A DNA stretch of 64,000 bases from Eledone cirrhosa. Taxonomy: Eukaryota. This document shows, piece after piece, positions 44,601 to 58,300 of this stretch. The DNA lies in contig OZ024745.1 in assembly GCA_964016885.1 (NCBI GenBank), positions 65,410,001-65,474,000 on the forward strand, read 5' to 3'. The position numbers were made by a program, and so were the translations under genes. A model generated the notes under the pieces. The model saw only the letters and a list, made by a program, of their open reading frames with translations. It did no database searches and was not told the origin of the DNA. Position 1 is the stretch's first letter. Every line of letters starts with the position of its first letter.

Positions 44601-45550
44601 ATTTTTTATTTGGGTGATCCATTTTTTATTTGGGGATCCATGTTTTATTTGGGTGATCCATCTTTTATTTGGGTGATCCATTTTTTATTTGGGGGATCCA
44701 TTTTTTATTTGGGGGGTCCATTTTTTATTTGGGGGATCCATTTTTATTTGGGGGATCCATTTTTTATTTGGGTGATCCATTTTTTATTTGGGTTGATCCC
44801 TTTTTTATTTGGGGGATCCATTTTTTATTTGGGTGATCCATTTTTTATTTGGGGGATCCATTTTTTATTTGGGGGATCCATTTTTTATTTGGGTAATCCA
44901 TTTTTTATTAGGGGGATCCATTTTTTATTTGGGTGACCCATTTTTATTTGGAGATCCATTTTTTATTTAGGTGATCCATTTTATAATTGGGTGATCCATT
45001 TTTTATTTGGGGGATCCATTTTTTATTTGGGGGATCCATTATTTATTTGGGTGATCCATTTTTTATTTGGGTGATCCATTTTTTATTTGGGTGATCCATT
45101 TTTTATTTGGGTGATCCATTTTTTATTTGGGTGATCCATTTTTTATTTGGGGGATCCATTTTTTATTTGGGTGATCCATATTTTATTTGGGTGATCCATT
45201 TTTTATTTGAGGGATCCATTTTATATTTGGGTGATCCATTTTTTATTTGGGTGATCCATTTTTTATTTGGGGGATCCATTTTTTATTTGGGTGATCCATT
45301 TTTTATTTGGGGGATCCTTTTTTTATTTGGGTGATCCATTTTTTATTTGGGGGATCCATTTTTTTATTTGGGTGATCCATTTTTTATTTGGGGGATCCAT
45401 TTTTTATTTGGGGGATCCATTTTTTATTTGGGGGATCCTTTTTTATTTGGGTGATCCATTTTTTATTTGGGTGATCCATTTTTTATTTGGTGGATCCATT
45501 TTTTATTTGGGTGATCCATTATTTATTTGGGGGATCCATTTTTTATTTGG
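37580..45550 (+). repeat. Tandem segmental duplication, 3973-bp unit, 2 near-identical copies
   Basis: Eleven consecutive ORF pairs from 37879/41852 to 41294/45267 are all offset by exactly 3973. Shared rare variants include AGGGTGGATCC (~38959/42932) and GATACTTT (~40143/44116). Confidence 0.93.
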
Positions 45551-47709
45551 GGGATCCATTTTTTATTTGGGTGATCCATTTTTTATTTGGGGGATCCATT
45601 CTTTATTTGGGTGATCCATTTTTTATTTGTGGGATCCATTTTTTATTTGGGGGATCCATTTTTTATTTGGAGGATCCATTTTTTATTTGGGTGATCCATT
45701 TTTTATTTGGGTGATCCATTTATTATTTGGGGGATCCATTTTTTATTTGGGTGATCCATTTTTTATTTGGGTGATCCATTTTTTATTGGGGGATCCATTT
45801 TTTATTTGGGGGATCCATTTTTTATTTGGGTGATCCATTTTTTATTTGGGTGATCCATTTTTTAATTGGGGGATCCATTTTTTATTTGGGTGATCCATTT
45901 TTTATTTGGGTGATCCATTTTTTATTTGGGGGATCCATTTTTTATTTGGGGGCAGAATTTTTATTTGGGTGATCCATTTTTTATTTGGGTGATCCATTTT
46001 TTATTTGGGGGATCCGTTTTTTATTTGGGGGATCCATTTTTTATTTGGGTGATCCATTTTTTATTTGGGGGATCCATTTTTTATTTGGGTGATCCATTTT
46101 TTATTTGGGGGATCCATTTTTTATTTGGGTGATCCATTTTTTATTTGGGTGATCCATTTTTTATTTGGGGGATCCATTTATTATTTGGGGGATCCATTTT
46201 TTATTTGGGTGATCCGTTCTTTATTTGGGTGATCCATTTTTTAATTGGGGGATCCATTTTTTATTTGGGTGATCCATTTTTTATTTTGGTGATCCATTTT
46301 TTATTTGGGGGATCCATTTTTTATTTGGGGGATCCATTTTTTATTTGGGTGATCCATTTTCTATTTGGGTGATCCATTTTTTATTTGGGGATCCATTTTT
46401 TATTTGGGGGATCCATTTTTTATTTGGGTGATCCATTTCTTATTTGGGGGATCCATTTTTTATTTGGGTGATCCATTTTTTATTTGGGTGATCCATTTTT
46501 TATTTGTGGGATCCATTTTTTATTTGGGGATCCATTTTTTATTTGAGGGATCCATTTTTTATTTGGGTGATCCATTTTTTATTTGGGTAATCCATTTTTT
46601 ATTTGGGGGATCCATTTTTTATTTGGGTGATCCATTTTTTATTTGGGTGATCCATTTTTTATTTGGGTGATCCATTTTTTAATTGGGCGATCCATTTTTT
46701 ATTTGGTTGATCCATTTTTTAATTGGGTGATCCATTTTTTATTTGGGGGATCCATTTTTTATTTGGGGGATCCATTCTTTATTTGGGGGATCCATTGTTT
46801 ATTTGGGTGATCCATTTTTTATTTGGGTGATCCATTTTTTATTTGGGGGATCCATTTTTTATTTGGGTGATCCATTTTTTATTTGGGTGATCCATTTTTT
46901 ATTTGGGTGATCCATTTTTTATTTGTGGGATCCATTTTTTATTTGGGGGATCCATTTTTTATTTGGGTGATCCTTTTTTTATTTGGGTGATCCATTTTTT
47001 ATTTGGGTGATCCATTTTTTATTTGGGGGATCCATTTTTTATTTGGGTGATCCATTTTTTATTTGGGTGATACATTATTTATTTGGGGGATCCATTTTTT
47101 ATTTGGGTGATCCATTTTTTATTTGGGGGATCCATTTTTTATTTGGGGGATCCATTTTTTATTTGGGTGATCTATTTTTTATTTGGGTGATCCATTTTTT
47201 ATTTGGGGGGATCCATTTTTAATTTGGGTGATCCATTTTTTATTTGGGGGATCCATTTTTTATTTGGGTGATCCATTTTTTATTTGGGGGATCCATTTTT
47301 TATTTGGGTGATCCATTTTTTATTTGGGTGATCCATTTTTTAATTAGGTGATCCATTTTTATTTGGGTGATCCATTTTTTACTTGGGGGATCCATTTTTT
47401 ATTTGGGTGATCCATTTTTTATTTTGCTGATTCATTTTTTATTTGGGTGATCCATTTTTTATTTGGGGGATCCATTTTTTATTTGGGTGATCCATTTATT
47501 ATTTGGGGGATCCATTTTTTATTTGGGTGATCCATTTTTTATTTGGGGGATCCATTTTTTATTTGGGTGATCCATTTTTTATTTGGGGGATCCATTTTTT
47601 ATTTCGGGGATCCATTTTTTATTTGGGTGATCCATTTTTTATTTGGGGGATCCATTTTTTATTTGGGTCATCCATTTTTTTATTTGTGGGATCCATTTTT
47701 TATTTGGGG

Positions 47710-48150
47710 GATCCATTTTTTATTTTGGGTGATCCATTTTTTATTAGGGGGATCCATTTTTTATTTGGGTGATCCATTTTTATTTGTAGATCCATTTTTT
47801 ATTTGGGTGATCCATTTTTTAATTGGATGATCCATTTTTTATTTGGGGGATCCATTTTTTATTTGGGGGATCCATTATTTATTTGGGTGATCCATTTTTT
47901 ATTTGGGTGATCCATTTGTTATTTTGGGGATCCATTTTTTATTTTGGGTGATCCATTTTTTATTAGGGGGATCCATTTTTTATTTGGGTGATCCATTTTT
48001 TTTTGTAGATCCATTTTTTATTTGGGTGATCCATTTTTTAATTGGATGATCCATTTTTTATTTGGGGGATCCATTTTTTATTTGGGGGATCCATTATTTA
48101 TTTGGGTGATCCATTTTTTATTTGGGTGATCCATTTTTTATTTTGGGGAT
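47710..48150 (+). repeat. 219-bp (11-monomer) local tandem duplication, also present at ~52810-53240 and ~59860-60300
   Basis: Markers TTAGGGG (47746/47965), GTAGATCC (47786/48005) and GGATGA (47825/48044) are each offset by 219. Confidence 0.82.
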
Positions 48151-50569
48151 CCATTTTTTATTTGGGTGATCCATTTTTTATTTGGGTGATCCATTTTTTA
48201 ATTGGGTGATCCATTTTTTATTTGGGTGATCCATTTTTTATTTGGGGGATCCTTTTTTTATTTGGGTGATCCATTTTTTATTTGGGTGATCCATTTTTTA
48301 TTTGGGGGATCCATTTTTTATTTGGGTGATCCATTTTTTATTTAGGTGACACATTTTTTATTTGGGGGATCCATTTTTTATTTGGGTGATCCATTTTTTA
48401 TTTGGGGGATCCATTTTTTATTTGGGGGATCCATTTTTTATTTGGGTGATCCATTTTTTATTTGGGTGATCCATTTTTTATTTGGGGGGATCCATTTTTA
48501 ATTTGGGTGATCCATTTTTTATTTGGGGGATCCATTTTTTATTTGGGTGATCCATTTTTTATTTGGGGGATCCATTTTTTATTTGTGTGATCCATTTTTT
48601 ATTTGGGATATCCATTTTTTAATTGGGTGATCCATTTTTTATTTGGGGGATCCATTTTTTATTTGGGTGATCCATTTTTTAGTTGGGTGGTCCATTTTTT
48701 ATTTGGGTGATCCATTTTTTATTTGGGGGATCCATTTTTTATTTGGGTGATCCATTTTTTATTTGGGGATCCATTTTTTATTTGGGTGATCCATTTTTTA
48801 TTTGGGTAATCCATTTTTTATTTGGGGGATCCATTTTTTATTTGGGTGATTCATTTTTTATTTGGGGGGTCCATTTTTTATTTGGGGGATCCATTTTTAT
48901 TTGGGTGATCCATTTTTTATTTGGGGGATCCATTTTTTATTTGGGTGATCCATTTTTTATTTGGGTTGATCCCTTTTTTATTTGGGGGATCCATTTTTTA
49001 TTTGGGTGATCCATTTTTTATTTGGGGGATCCATTTTTTATTTGGGGGATCCATTTTTTATTTGGGTGATCCATTTTTTATTAGGGGGATCCATTTTTTA
49101 TTTGGGTGATCCATTTTTATTTGGAGATCCATTTTTTATTTAGGTGATCCATTTTATAATTGGGTGATCCATTTTTTATTTGGGGGATCCATTTTTTATT
49201 TGGGGGATCCATTATTTACTTGGGTGATCCATTTTTTATTTGGGTGATCCATTTTTTATTTGGGTGATCCATTTTTTATTTGTGTGATCCATTTTTTATT
49301 TGGGTGATCCATTTTTTATTTGGGGGATCCATTTTTTATTTGGGTGATCCATTTTTTATTTGGGTGATCCATTTTTTATTTGAGGGATCCATTTTATATT
49401 TGGGTGATCCATTTTTTATTTGGGTGATCCATTTTTTATTTGGGGGATCCATTTTTTATTTGGGGGATCCATTTTTTATTTAGGGGATCCATTTTTTATT
49501 TGGGTGATCCATTTTTTATTTGGGTGATCCATTTTTTATTTGGGGGATCCATTTTTTATTTGGGTGATCCATTTTTTATTTGGGGGATCCATTTTTTATT
49601 TCGGGGATCCATTTTTTATTTGGGTGATTCATTTTTTATTTGGGGGATCCATTTTTTATTTGGGTGATCCATTTTTTTATTTGGGGGTCCATTTTTTATT
49701 TGGGTGATCCATTTTTTATTTGGGTGATCCATTTATTATTTGGGGGATCCATTTTTTATTTGGGTCATACATTTTTTATTTGGGGGATCCATTTTTTATT
49801 TGGGGGATCCATTTTTTATTTGGGTGATCCATTTTTTATTTGTGGGATCCATTTTTTATTTGGGGGATCCATTTTTTATTTGGAGGATCCATTTTTTATT
49901 TGGGTGATCCATTTTTTATTTGGGTGATCCATTTATTATTTGGGGGATCCATTTTTTATTTGGGTGATCCATTTTTTATTTGGGTGATCCATTTTTTATT
50001 GGGGGATCCATTTTTTATTTGGGGGATCCATTTTTTATTTGGGTGATCCATTTTTTATTTGGGTGATCCATTTTTTAATTGGGGGATCCATTTTTTATTT
50101 GGGTGATCCATTTTTTATTTGGTTGATCCATTTTTTATTTGGGGGATCCATTTTTTATTTGGGGGCAGAATTCTTATTTGGGTGATCCATTTTTTATTTG
50201 GGTGATCCATTTTTTATTTGGGGGATCCGTTTTTTATTTGGGGGATCCATTTTTTATTTGGGTGATCCATTTTTTATTTGGGGGATCCATTTTTTATTTG
50301 GGTGATCCATTTTTTATTTGGGGGATCCATTTTTTATTTGGGTGATCCATTTTTTATTTGGGTGATCCATTTTTTATTTGGGGGATCCATTTATTATTTG
50401 GGGGATCCATTTTTTATTTGGGTGATCCGTTCTTTATTTGGGTGATCCATTTTTTAATTGGGGGATCCATTTTTTATTTGGGTGATCCATTTTTTATTTT
50501 GGTGATCCATTTTTTATTTGGGGGATCCATTTTTTATTTGGGGGATCCATTTTTTATTTGGGTGATCCA

Positions 50570-52330
50570 TTTTCTATTTGGGTGATCCATTTTTTATTTG
50601 GGGATCCATTTTTTATTTGGGGGATCCATTTTTTATTTGGGTGATCCATTTCTTATTTGGGGGATCCATTTTTTATTTGGGTGATCCATTTTTTATTTGG
50701 GTGATCCATTTTTTATTTGTGGGATCCATTTTTTATTTGGGGATCCATTTTTTATTTGAGGGATCCATTTTTTATTTGGGTGATCCATTTTTTATTTGGG
50801 TAATCCATTTTTTATTTGGGGGATCCATTTTTTATTTGGGTGATCCATTTTTTATTTGGGTGATCCATTTTTTATTTGGGTGATCCATTTTTTAATTGGG
50901 GGATCCATTTTTTATTTGGTTGATCCATTTTTTAATTGGGTGATCCATTTTTTATTTGGGGGATCCATTTTTTATTTGGGGGATCCATTCTTTATTTGGG
51001 GGATCCATTGTTTATTTGGGTGATCCATTTTTTATTTGGGTGATCCATTTTTTATTTGGAGGATCCATTTTTTATTTGGGTGATCCATTTTTTATTTGGG
51101 TGATCCAGTTTTTATTTGGGTGATCCATTTTTTATTTGTGGGATCCATTTTTTATTTGGGGGATCCATTTTTTATTTGGGTGATCCTTTTTTTATTTGGG
51201 TGATCCATTTTTTATTTGGGTGATCCATTTTTTATTTGGGGGATCCATTTTTTATTTGGGTGATCCATTTTTTATTTGGGTGATACATTTTTTATTTGGG
51301 GGATCCATTTTTTATTTGGGTGATCCATTTTTTATTTGGGGGATCCATTTTTTTATTTGGGGGATCCATTTTTTATTTGGGTGATCTATTTTTTATTTGG
51401 GTGATCCATTTTTTATTTGGGGGGATCCATTTTTAATTTGGGTGATCCATTTTTTATTTGGGTGATCCATTTTTTATTTGGGGATCCATTTTTTATTTGG
51501 GGGATCCATTTTTTATTTGGGTGATCCATTTCTTATTTGGGGGATCCATTTTTTATTTGGGTGATCCATTTTTTATTTGGGTGATCCATTTTTTATTTGT
51601 GGGATCCATTTTTTATTTGGGGATCCATTTTTTATTTGAGGGATCCATTTTTTATTTGGGTGATCCATTTTTTATTTGGGTAATCCATTTTTTATTTGGG
51701 GGATCCATTTTTTATTTGGGTGATCCATTTTTTATTTGGGTGATCCATTTTTTATTTGGGTGATCCATTTTTTAATTGGGGGATCCATTTTTTATTTGGT
51801 TGATCCATTTTTTAATTGGGTGATCCATTTTTTATTTGGGGGATCCATTTTTTATTTGGGGGATCCATTCTTTATTTGGGGGATCCATTGTTTATTTGGG
51901 TGATCCATTTTTTATTTGGGTGATCCATTTTTTATTTGGTGGATCCATTTTTTATTTGGGTGATCCATTTTTTATTTGGGTGATCCATTTTTTATTTGGG
52001 TGATCCATTTTTTATTTGTGGGATCCATTTTTTATTTGGGGGATCCATTTTTTATTTGGGTGATCCTTTTTTTATTTGGGTGATCCATTTTTTATTTGGG
52101 TGATCCATTTTTTATTTGGGGGATCCATTTTTTATTTGGGTGATCCATTTTTTATTTGGGTGATACATTTTTTATTTGGGGGATCCATTTTTTATTTGGG
52201 TGATCCATTTTTTATTTGGGGGATCCATTTTTTATTTGGGGGATCCATTTTTTATTTGGGTGATCTATTTTTTATTTGGGTGATCCATTTTTTATTTGGG
52301 GGGATCCATTTTTAATTTGGGTGATCCATT
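50570..52330 (+). repeat. 880-bp (~44-monomer) tandem duplication inside higher-order copy B
   Basis: ORF pairs 50578/51458 and 51196/52076 are offset by 880. This accounts for the 4213 to 5093/5094 length change. Confidence 0.85.
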
Positions 52331-55300
52331 TTTTATTTGGGGGATCCATTTTTTATTTGGGTGATCCATTTTTTATTTGGGGGATCCATTTTTTATTTGG
52401 GTGATCCATTTTTTATTTGGGTGATCCATTTTTTAATTAGGTGATCCATTTTTATTTGGGTGATCCATTTTTTACTTGGGGGATCCATTTTTTATTTGGG
52501 TGATCCATTTTTTATTTTGCTGATTCATTTTTTATTTGGGTGATCCATTTTTTATTTGGGGGATCCATTTTTTATTTGGGTGATCCATTTATTATTTGGG
52601 GGATCCATTTTTTATTTGGGTGATCCATTTTTTATTTGGGGGATCCATTTTTTATTTGGGTGATCCATTTTTTATTTGGGGGATCCATTTTTTTATTTCG
52701 GGGATCCATTTTTTATTTGGGTGATCCATTTTTTATTTGGGGGATCCATTTTTTATTTGGGTCATCCATTTTTTTATTTGTGGGATCCATTTTTTATTTG
52801 GGGGATCCATTTTTTATTTTGGGTGATCCATTTTTTATTAGGGGGATCCATTTTTTATTTGGGTGATCCATTTTTATTTGTAGATCCATTTTTTATTTGG
52901 GTGATCCATTTTTTAATTGGATGATCCATTTTTTATTTGGGGGATCCATTTTTTATTTGGGGGATCCATTATTTATTTGGGTGATCCATTTTTTATTTGG
53001 GTGATCCATTTGTTATTTTGGGGATCCATTTTTTATTTTGGGTGATCCATTTTTTATTAGGGGGATCCATTTTTTATTTGGGTGATCCATTTTTTTTTGT
53101 AGATCCATTTTTTATTTGGGTGATCCATTTTTTAATTGGATGATCCATTTTTTATTTGGGGGATCCATTTTTTATTTGGGGGATCCATTATTTATTTGGG
53201 TGATCCATTTTTTATTTGGGTGATCCATTTTTTATTTTGGGGATCCATTTTTTATTTGGGTGATCCATTTTTTATTTGGGTGATCCATTTTTTAATTGGG
53301 TGATCCATTTTTTATTTGGGTGATCCATTTTTTATTTGGGGGATCCTTTTTTTATTTGGGTGATCCATTTTTTATTTGGGTGATCCATTTTTTATTTGGG
53401 GGATCCATTTTTTATTTGGGTGATCCATTTTTTATTTAGGTGACACATTTTTTATTTGGGGGATCCATTTTTTATTTGGGTGATCCATTTTTTATTTGGG
53501 GGATCCATTTTTTATTTGGGGGATCCATTTTTTATTTGGGTGATCCATTTTTTATTTGGGTGATCCATTTTTTATTTGGGGGGATCCATTTTTAATTTGG
53601 GTGATCCATTTTTTATTTGGGGGATCCATTTTTTATTTGGGTGATCCATTTTTTATTTGGGGGATCCATTTTTTATTTGTGTGATCCATTTTTTATTTGG
53701 GATATCCATTTTTTAATTGGGTGATCCATTTTTTATTTGGGGGATCCATTTTTTATTTGGGTGATCCATTTTTTAGTTGGGTGGTCCATTTTTTATTTGG
53801 GTGATCCATTTTTTATTTGGGGGATCCATTTTTTATTTGGGTGATCCATTTTTTATTTGGGGATCCATTTTTTATTTGGGTGATCCATTTTTTATTTGGG
53901 TGATCCATTTTTTATTTGGGGGATCCATTTTTTATTTGGGTGATTCATTTTTTATTTGGGGGGTCCATTTTTTATTTGGGGGATCCATTTTTATTTGGGT
54001 GATCCATTTTTTATTTGGGGGATCCATTTTTTATTTGGGTGATCCATTTTTTATTTGGGTTGATCCCTTTTTTATTTGGGGGATCCATTTTTTATTTGGG
54101 TGATCCATTTTTTATTTGGGGGATCCATTTTTTATTTGGGGGATCCATTTTTTATTTGGGTGATCCATTTTTTATTAGGGGGATCCATTTTTTATTTGGG
54201 TGATCCATTTTTATTTGGAGATCCATTTTTTATTTAGGTGATCCATTTTATAATTGGGTGATCCATTTTTTATTTGGGGGATCCATTTTTTATTTGGGGG
54301 ATCCATTATTTACTTGGGTGATCCATTTTTTATTTGGGTGATCCATTTTTTATTTGGGTGATCCATTTTTTATTTGGGTGATCCATTTTTTATTTGGGTG
54401 ATCCATTTTTTATTTGGGGGATCCATTTTTTATTTGGGGGATCCATTTTTTATTTGGGTGATCCATTTTTTATTTGAGGGATCCATTTTATATTTGGGTG
54501 ATCCATTTTTTATTTGGGTGATCCATTTTTTATTTGGGGGATCCATTTTTTATTTGGGGGATCCATTTTTTATTTAGGGGATCCATTTTTTATTTGGGTG
54601 ATCCATTTTTTATTTGGGTGATCCATTTTTTATTTGGGGGATCCATTTTTTATTTGGGTGATCCATTTTTTATTTGGGGGATCCATTTTTTATTTCGGGG
54701 ATCCATTTTTTATTTGGGTGATTCATTTTTTATTTGGGGGATCCATTTTTTATTTGGGTGATCCATTTTTTTATTTGGGGGTCCATTTTTTATTTGGGTG
54801 ATCCATTTTTTATTTGGGTGATCCATTTATTATTTGGGGGATCCATTTTTTATTTGGGTCATACATTTTTTATTTGGGGGATCCATTTTTTATTTGGGGG
54901 ATCCATTTTTTATTTGGGTGATCCATTTTTTATTTGTGGGATCCATTTTTTATTTGGGGGATCCATTTTTTATTTGGAGGATCCATTTTTTATTTGGGTG
55001 ATCCATTTTTTATTTGGGTGATCCATTTATTATTTGGGGGATCCATTTTTTATTTGGGTGATCCATTTTTTATTTGGGTGATCCATTTTTTATTGGGGGA
55101 TCCATTTTTTATTTGGGGGATCCATTTTTTATTTGGGTGATCCATTTTTTATTTGGGTGATCCATTTTTTAATTGGGGGATCCATTTTTTATTTGGGTGA
55201 TCCATTTTTTATTTGGGTGATCCATTTTTTATTTGGGGGATCCATTTTTTATTTGGGTGATCCATTTTTTATTTGGGGGATCCATTTTTTATTTGGGTGA

Positions 55301-58300
55301 TCCATTTTTTATTTGGGGGATCCATTTTTTATTTGGGTGATCCATTTTTTATTTGGGTGATCCATTTTTTATTTGGGGGGATCCATTTTTAATTTGGGTG
55401 ATCCATTTTTTATTTGGGTGATCCATTTTTTATTTGGGGATCCATTTTTTATTTGGGGGATCCATTTTTTATTTGGGTGATCCATTTCTTATTTGGGGGA
55501 TCCATTTTTTATTTGGGTGATCCATTTTTTATTTGGGTGATCCATTTTTTATTTGTGGGATCCATTTTTTATTTGGGGATCCATTTTTTATTTGAGGGAT
55601 CCATTTTTTATTTGGGTGATCCATTTTTTATTTGGGTAATCCATTTTTTATTTGGGGGATCCATTTTTTATTTGGGTGATCCATTTTTTATTTGGGTGAT
55701 CCATTTTTTATTTGGGTGATCCATTTTTTAATTGGGGGATCCATTTTTTATTTGGTTGATCCATTTTTTAATTGGGTGATCCATTTTTTATTTGGGGGAT
55801 CCATTTTTTATTTGGGGGATCCATTCTTTATTTGGGGGATCCATTGTTTATTTGGGTGATCCATTTTTTATTTGGGTGATCCATTTTTTATTTGGGGGAT
55901 CCATTTTTTATTTGGGTGATCCATTTTTTATTTGGGTGATCCATTTTTTATTTGGGTGATCCATTTTTTATTTGTGGGATCCATTTTTTATTTGGGGGAT
56001 CCATTTTTTATTTGGGTGATCCTTTTTTTATTTGGGTGATCCATTTTTTATTTGGGTGATCCATTTTTTATTTGGGGGATCCATTTTTTATTTGGGTGAT
56101 CCATTTTTTATTTGGGTGATACATTTTTTATTTGGGGGATCCATTTTTTATTTGGGTGATCCATTTTTTATTTGGGGGATCCATTTTTTATTTGGGGGAT
56201 CCATTTTTTATTTGGGTGATCTATTTTTTATTTGGGTGATCCATTTTTTATTTGGGGGGATCCATTTTTAATTTGGGTGATCCATTTTTTATTTGGGGGA
56301 TCCATTTTTTATTTGGGTGATCCATTTTTTATTTGGGGGATCCATTTTTTATTTGGGTGATCCATTTTTTATTTGGGTGATCCATTTTTTAATTAGGTGA
56401 TCCATTTTTATTTGGGTGATCCATTTTTTACTTGGGGGATCCATTTTTTATTTGGGTGATCCATTTTTTATTTTGCTGATTCATTTTTTATTTGGGTGAT
56501 CCATTTTTTATTTGGGGGATCCATTTTTTATTTGGGTGATCCATTTATTATTTGGGGGATCCATTTTTTATTTGGGTGATCCATTTTTTATTTGGGGGAT
56601 CCATTTTTTATTTGGGTGATCCATTTTTTATTTGGGGGATCCATTTTTTATTTCGGGGATCCATTTTTTATTTGGGTGATCCATTTTTTATTTGGGGGAT
56701 CCATTTTTTATTTGGGTCATCCATTTTTTTATTTGTGGGATCCATTTTTTATTTGGGGGATCCATATTTTATTTTGGGTGATCCATGTTTTATTTGGGAT
56801 ATCCATTTTTTAATTGGGTGATCCATTTTTTATTTGGGCGATCCATTTTTTATTTGGGTGATCCATTTTTTAGTTGGGTGGTCCATTTTTTATTTGGGTG
56901 ATCCATTTTTTATTTGGGGGATCCATTTTTTATTTGGGTGATCCATTTTTTATTTGGGGATCCATTTTTTATTTGGGTGATCCATTTTTTATTTGGGTGA
57001 TCCATTTTTTATTTGGGGGATCCATTTTTTATTTGGGTGATTCATTTTTTATTTGGGGGGTCCATTTTTTATTTGGGGGATCCATTTTTATTTGGGTGAT
57101 CCATTTTTTATTTGGGGGATCCATTTTTTATTTGGGTGATCCATTTTTTATTTGGGTTGATCCCTTTTTTATTTGGGGGATCCATTTTTTATTTGGGTGA
57201 TCCATTTTTTATTTGGGGGATCCATTTTTTATTTGGGGGATCCATTTTTTATTTGGGTGATCCATTTTTTATTAGGGGGATCCATTTTTTATTTGGGTGA
57301 TCCATTTTTATTTGGAGATCCATTTTTTATTTAGGTGATCCATTTTATAATTGGGTGATCCATTTTTTATTTGGGGGATCCATTTTTTATTTGGGGGATC
57401 CATTATTTACTTGGGTGATCCATTTTTTATTTGGGTGATCCATTTTTTATTTGGGTGATCCATTTTTTATTTGGGTGATCCATTTTTTATTTGGGTGATC
57501 CATTTTTTATTTGGGGGATCCATTTTTTATTTGGGTGATCCATTTTTTATTTGGGTGATCCATTTTTTATTTGAGGGATCCATTTTATATTTGGGTGATC
57601 CATTTTTTATTTGGGTGATCCATTTTTTATTTGGGGGATCCATTTTTTATTTGGGGGATCCATTTTTTATTTAGGGGATCCATTTTTTATTTGGGTGATC
57701 CATTTTTTATTTGGGTGATCCATTTTTTATTTGGGGGATCCATTTTTCATTTGGGTGATCCATTTTTTATTTGGGGGATCCATTTTTTATTTCGGGGATC
57801 CATTTTTTATTTGGGTGATTCATTTTTTATTTGGGGGATCCATTTTTTATTTGGGTGATCCATTTTTTTATTTGGGGGTCCATTTTTTATTTGGGTGATC
57901 CATTTTTTATTTGGGTGATCCATTTATTATTTGGGGGATCCATTTTTTATTTGGGTCATACATTTTTTATTTGGGGGATCCATTTTTTATTTGGGGGATC
58001 CATTTTTTATTTGGGTGATCCATTTTTTATTTGTGGGATCCATTTTTTATTTGGGGGATCCATTTTTTATTTGGAGGATCCATTTTTTATTTGGGTGATC
58101 CATTTTTTATTTGGGTGATCCATTTATTATTTGGGGGATCCATTTTTTATTTGGGTGATCCATTTTTTATTTGGGTGATCCATTTTTTATTGGGGGATCC
58201 ATTTTTTATTTGGGGGATCCATTTTTTATTTGGGTGATCCATTTTTTATTTGGGTGATCCATTTTTTAATTGGGGGATCCATTTTTTATTTGGGTGATCC

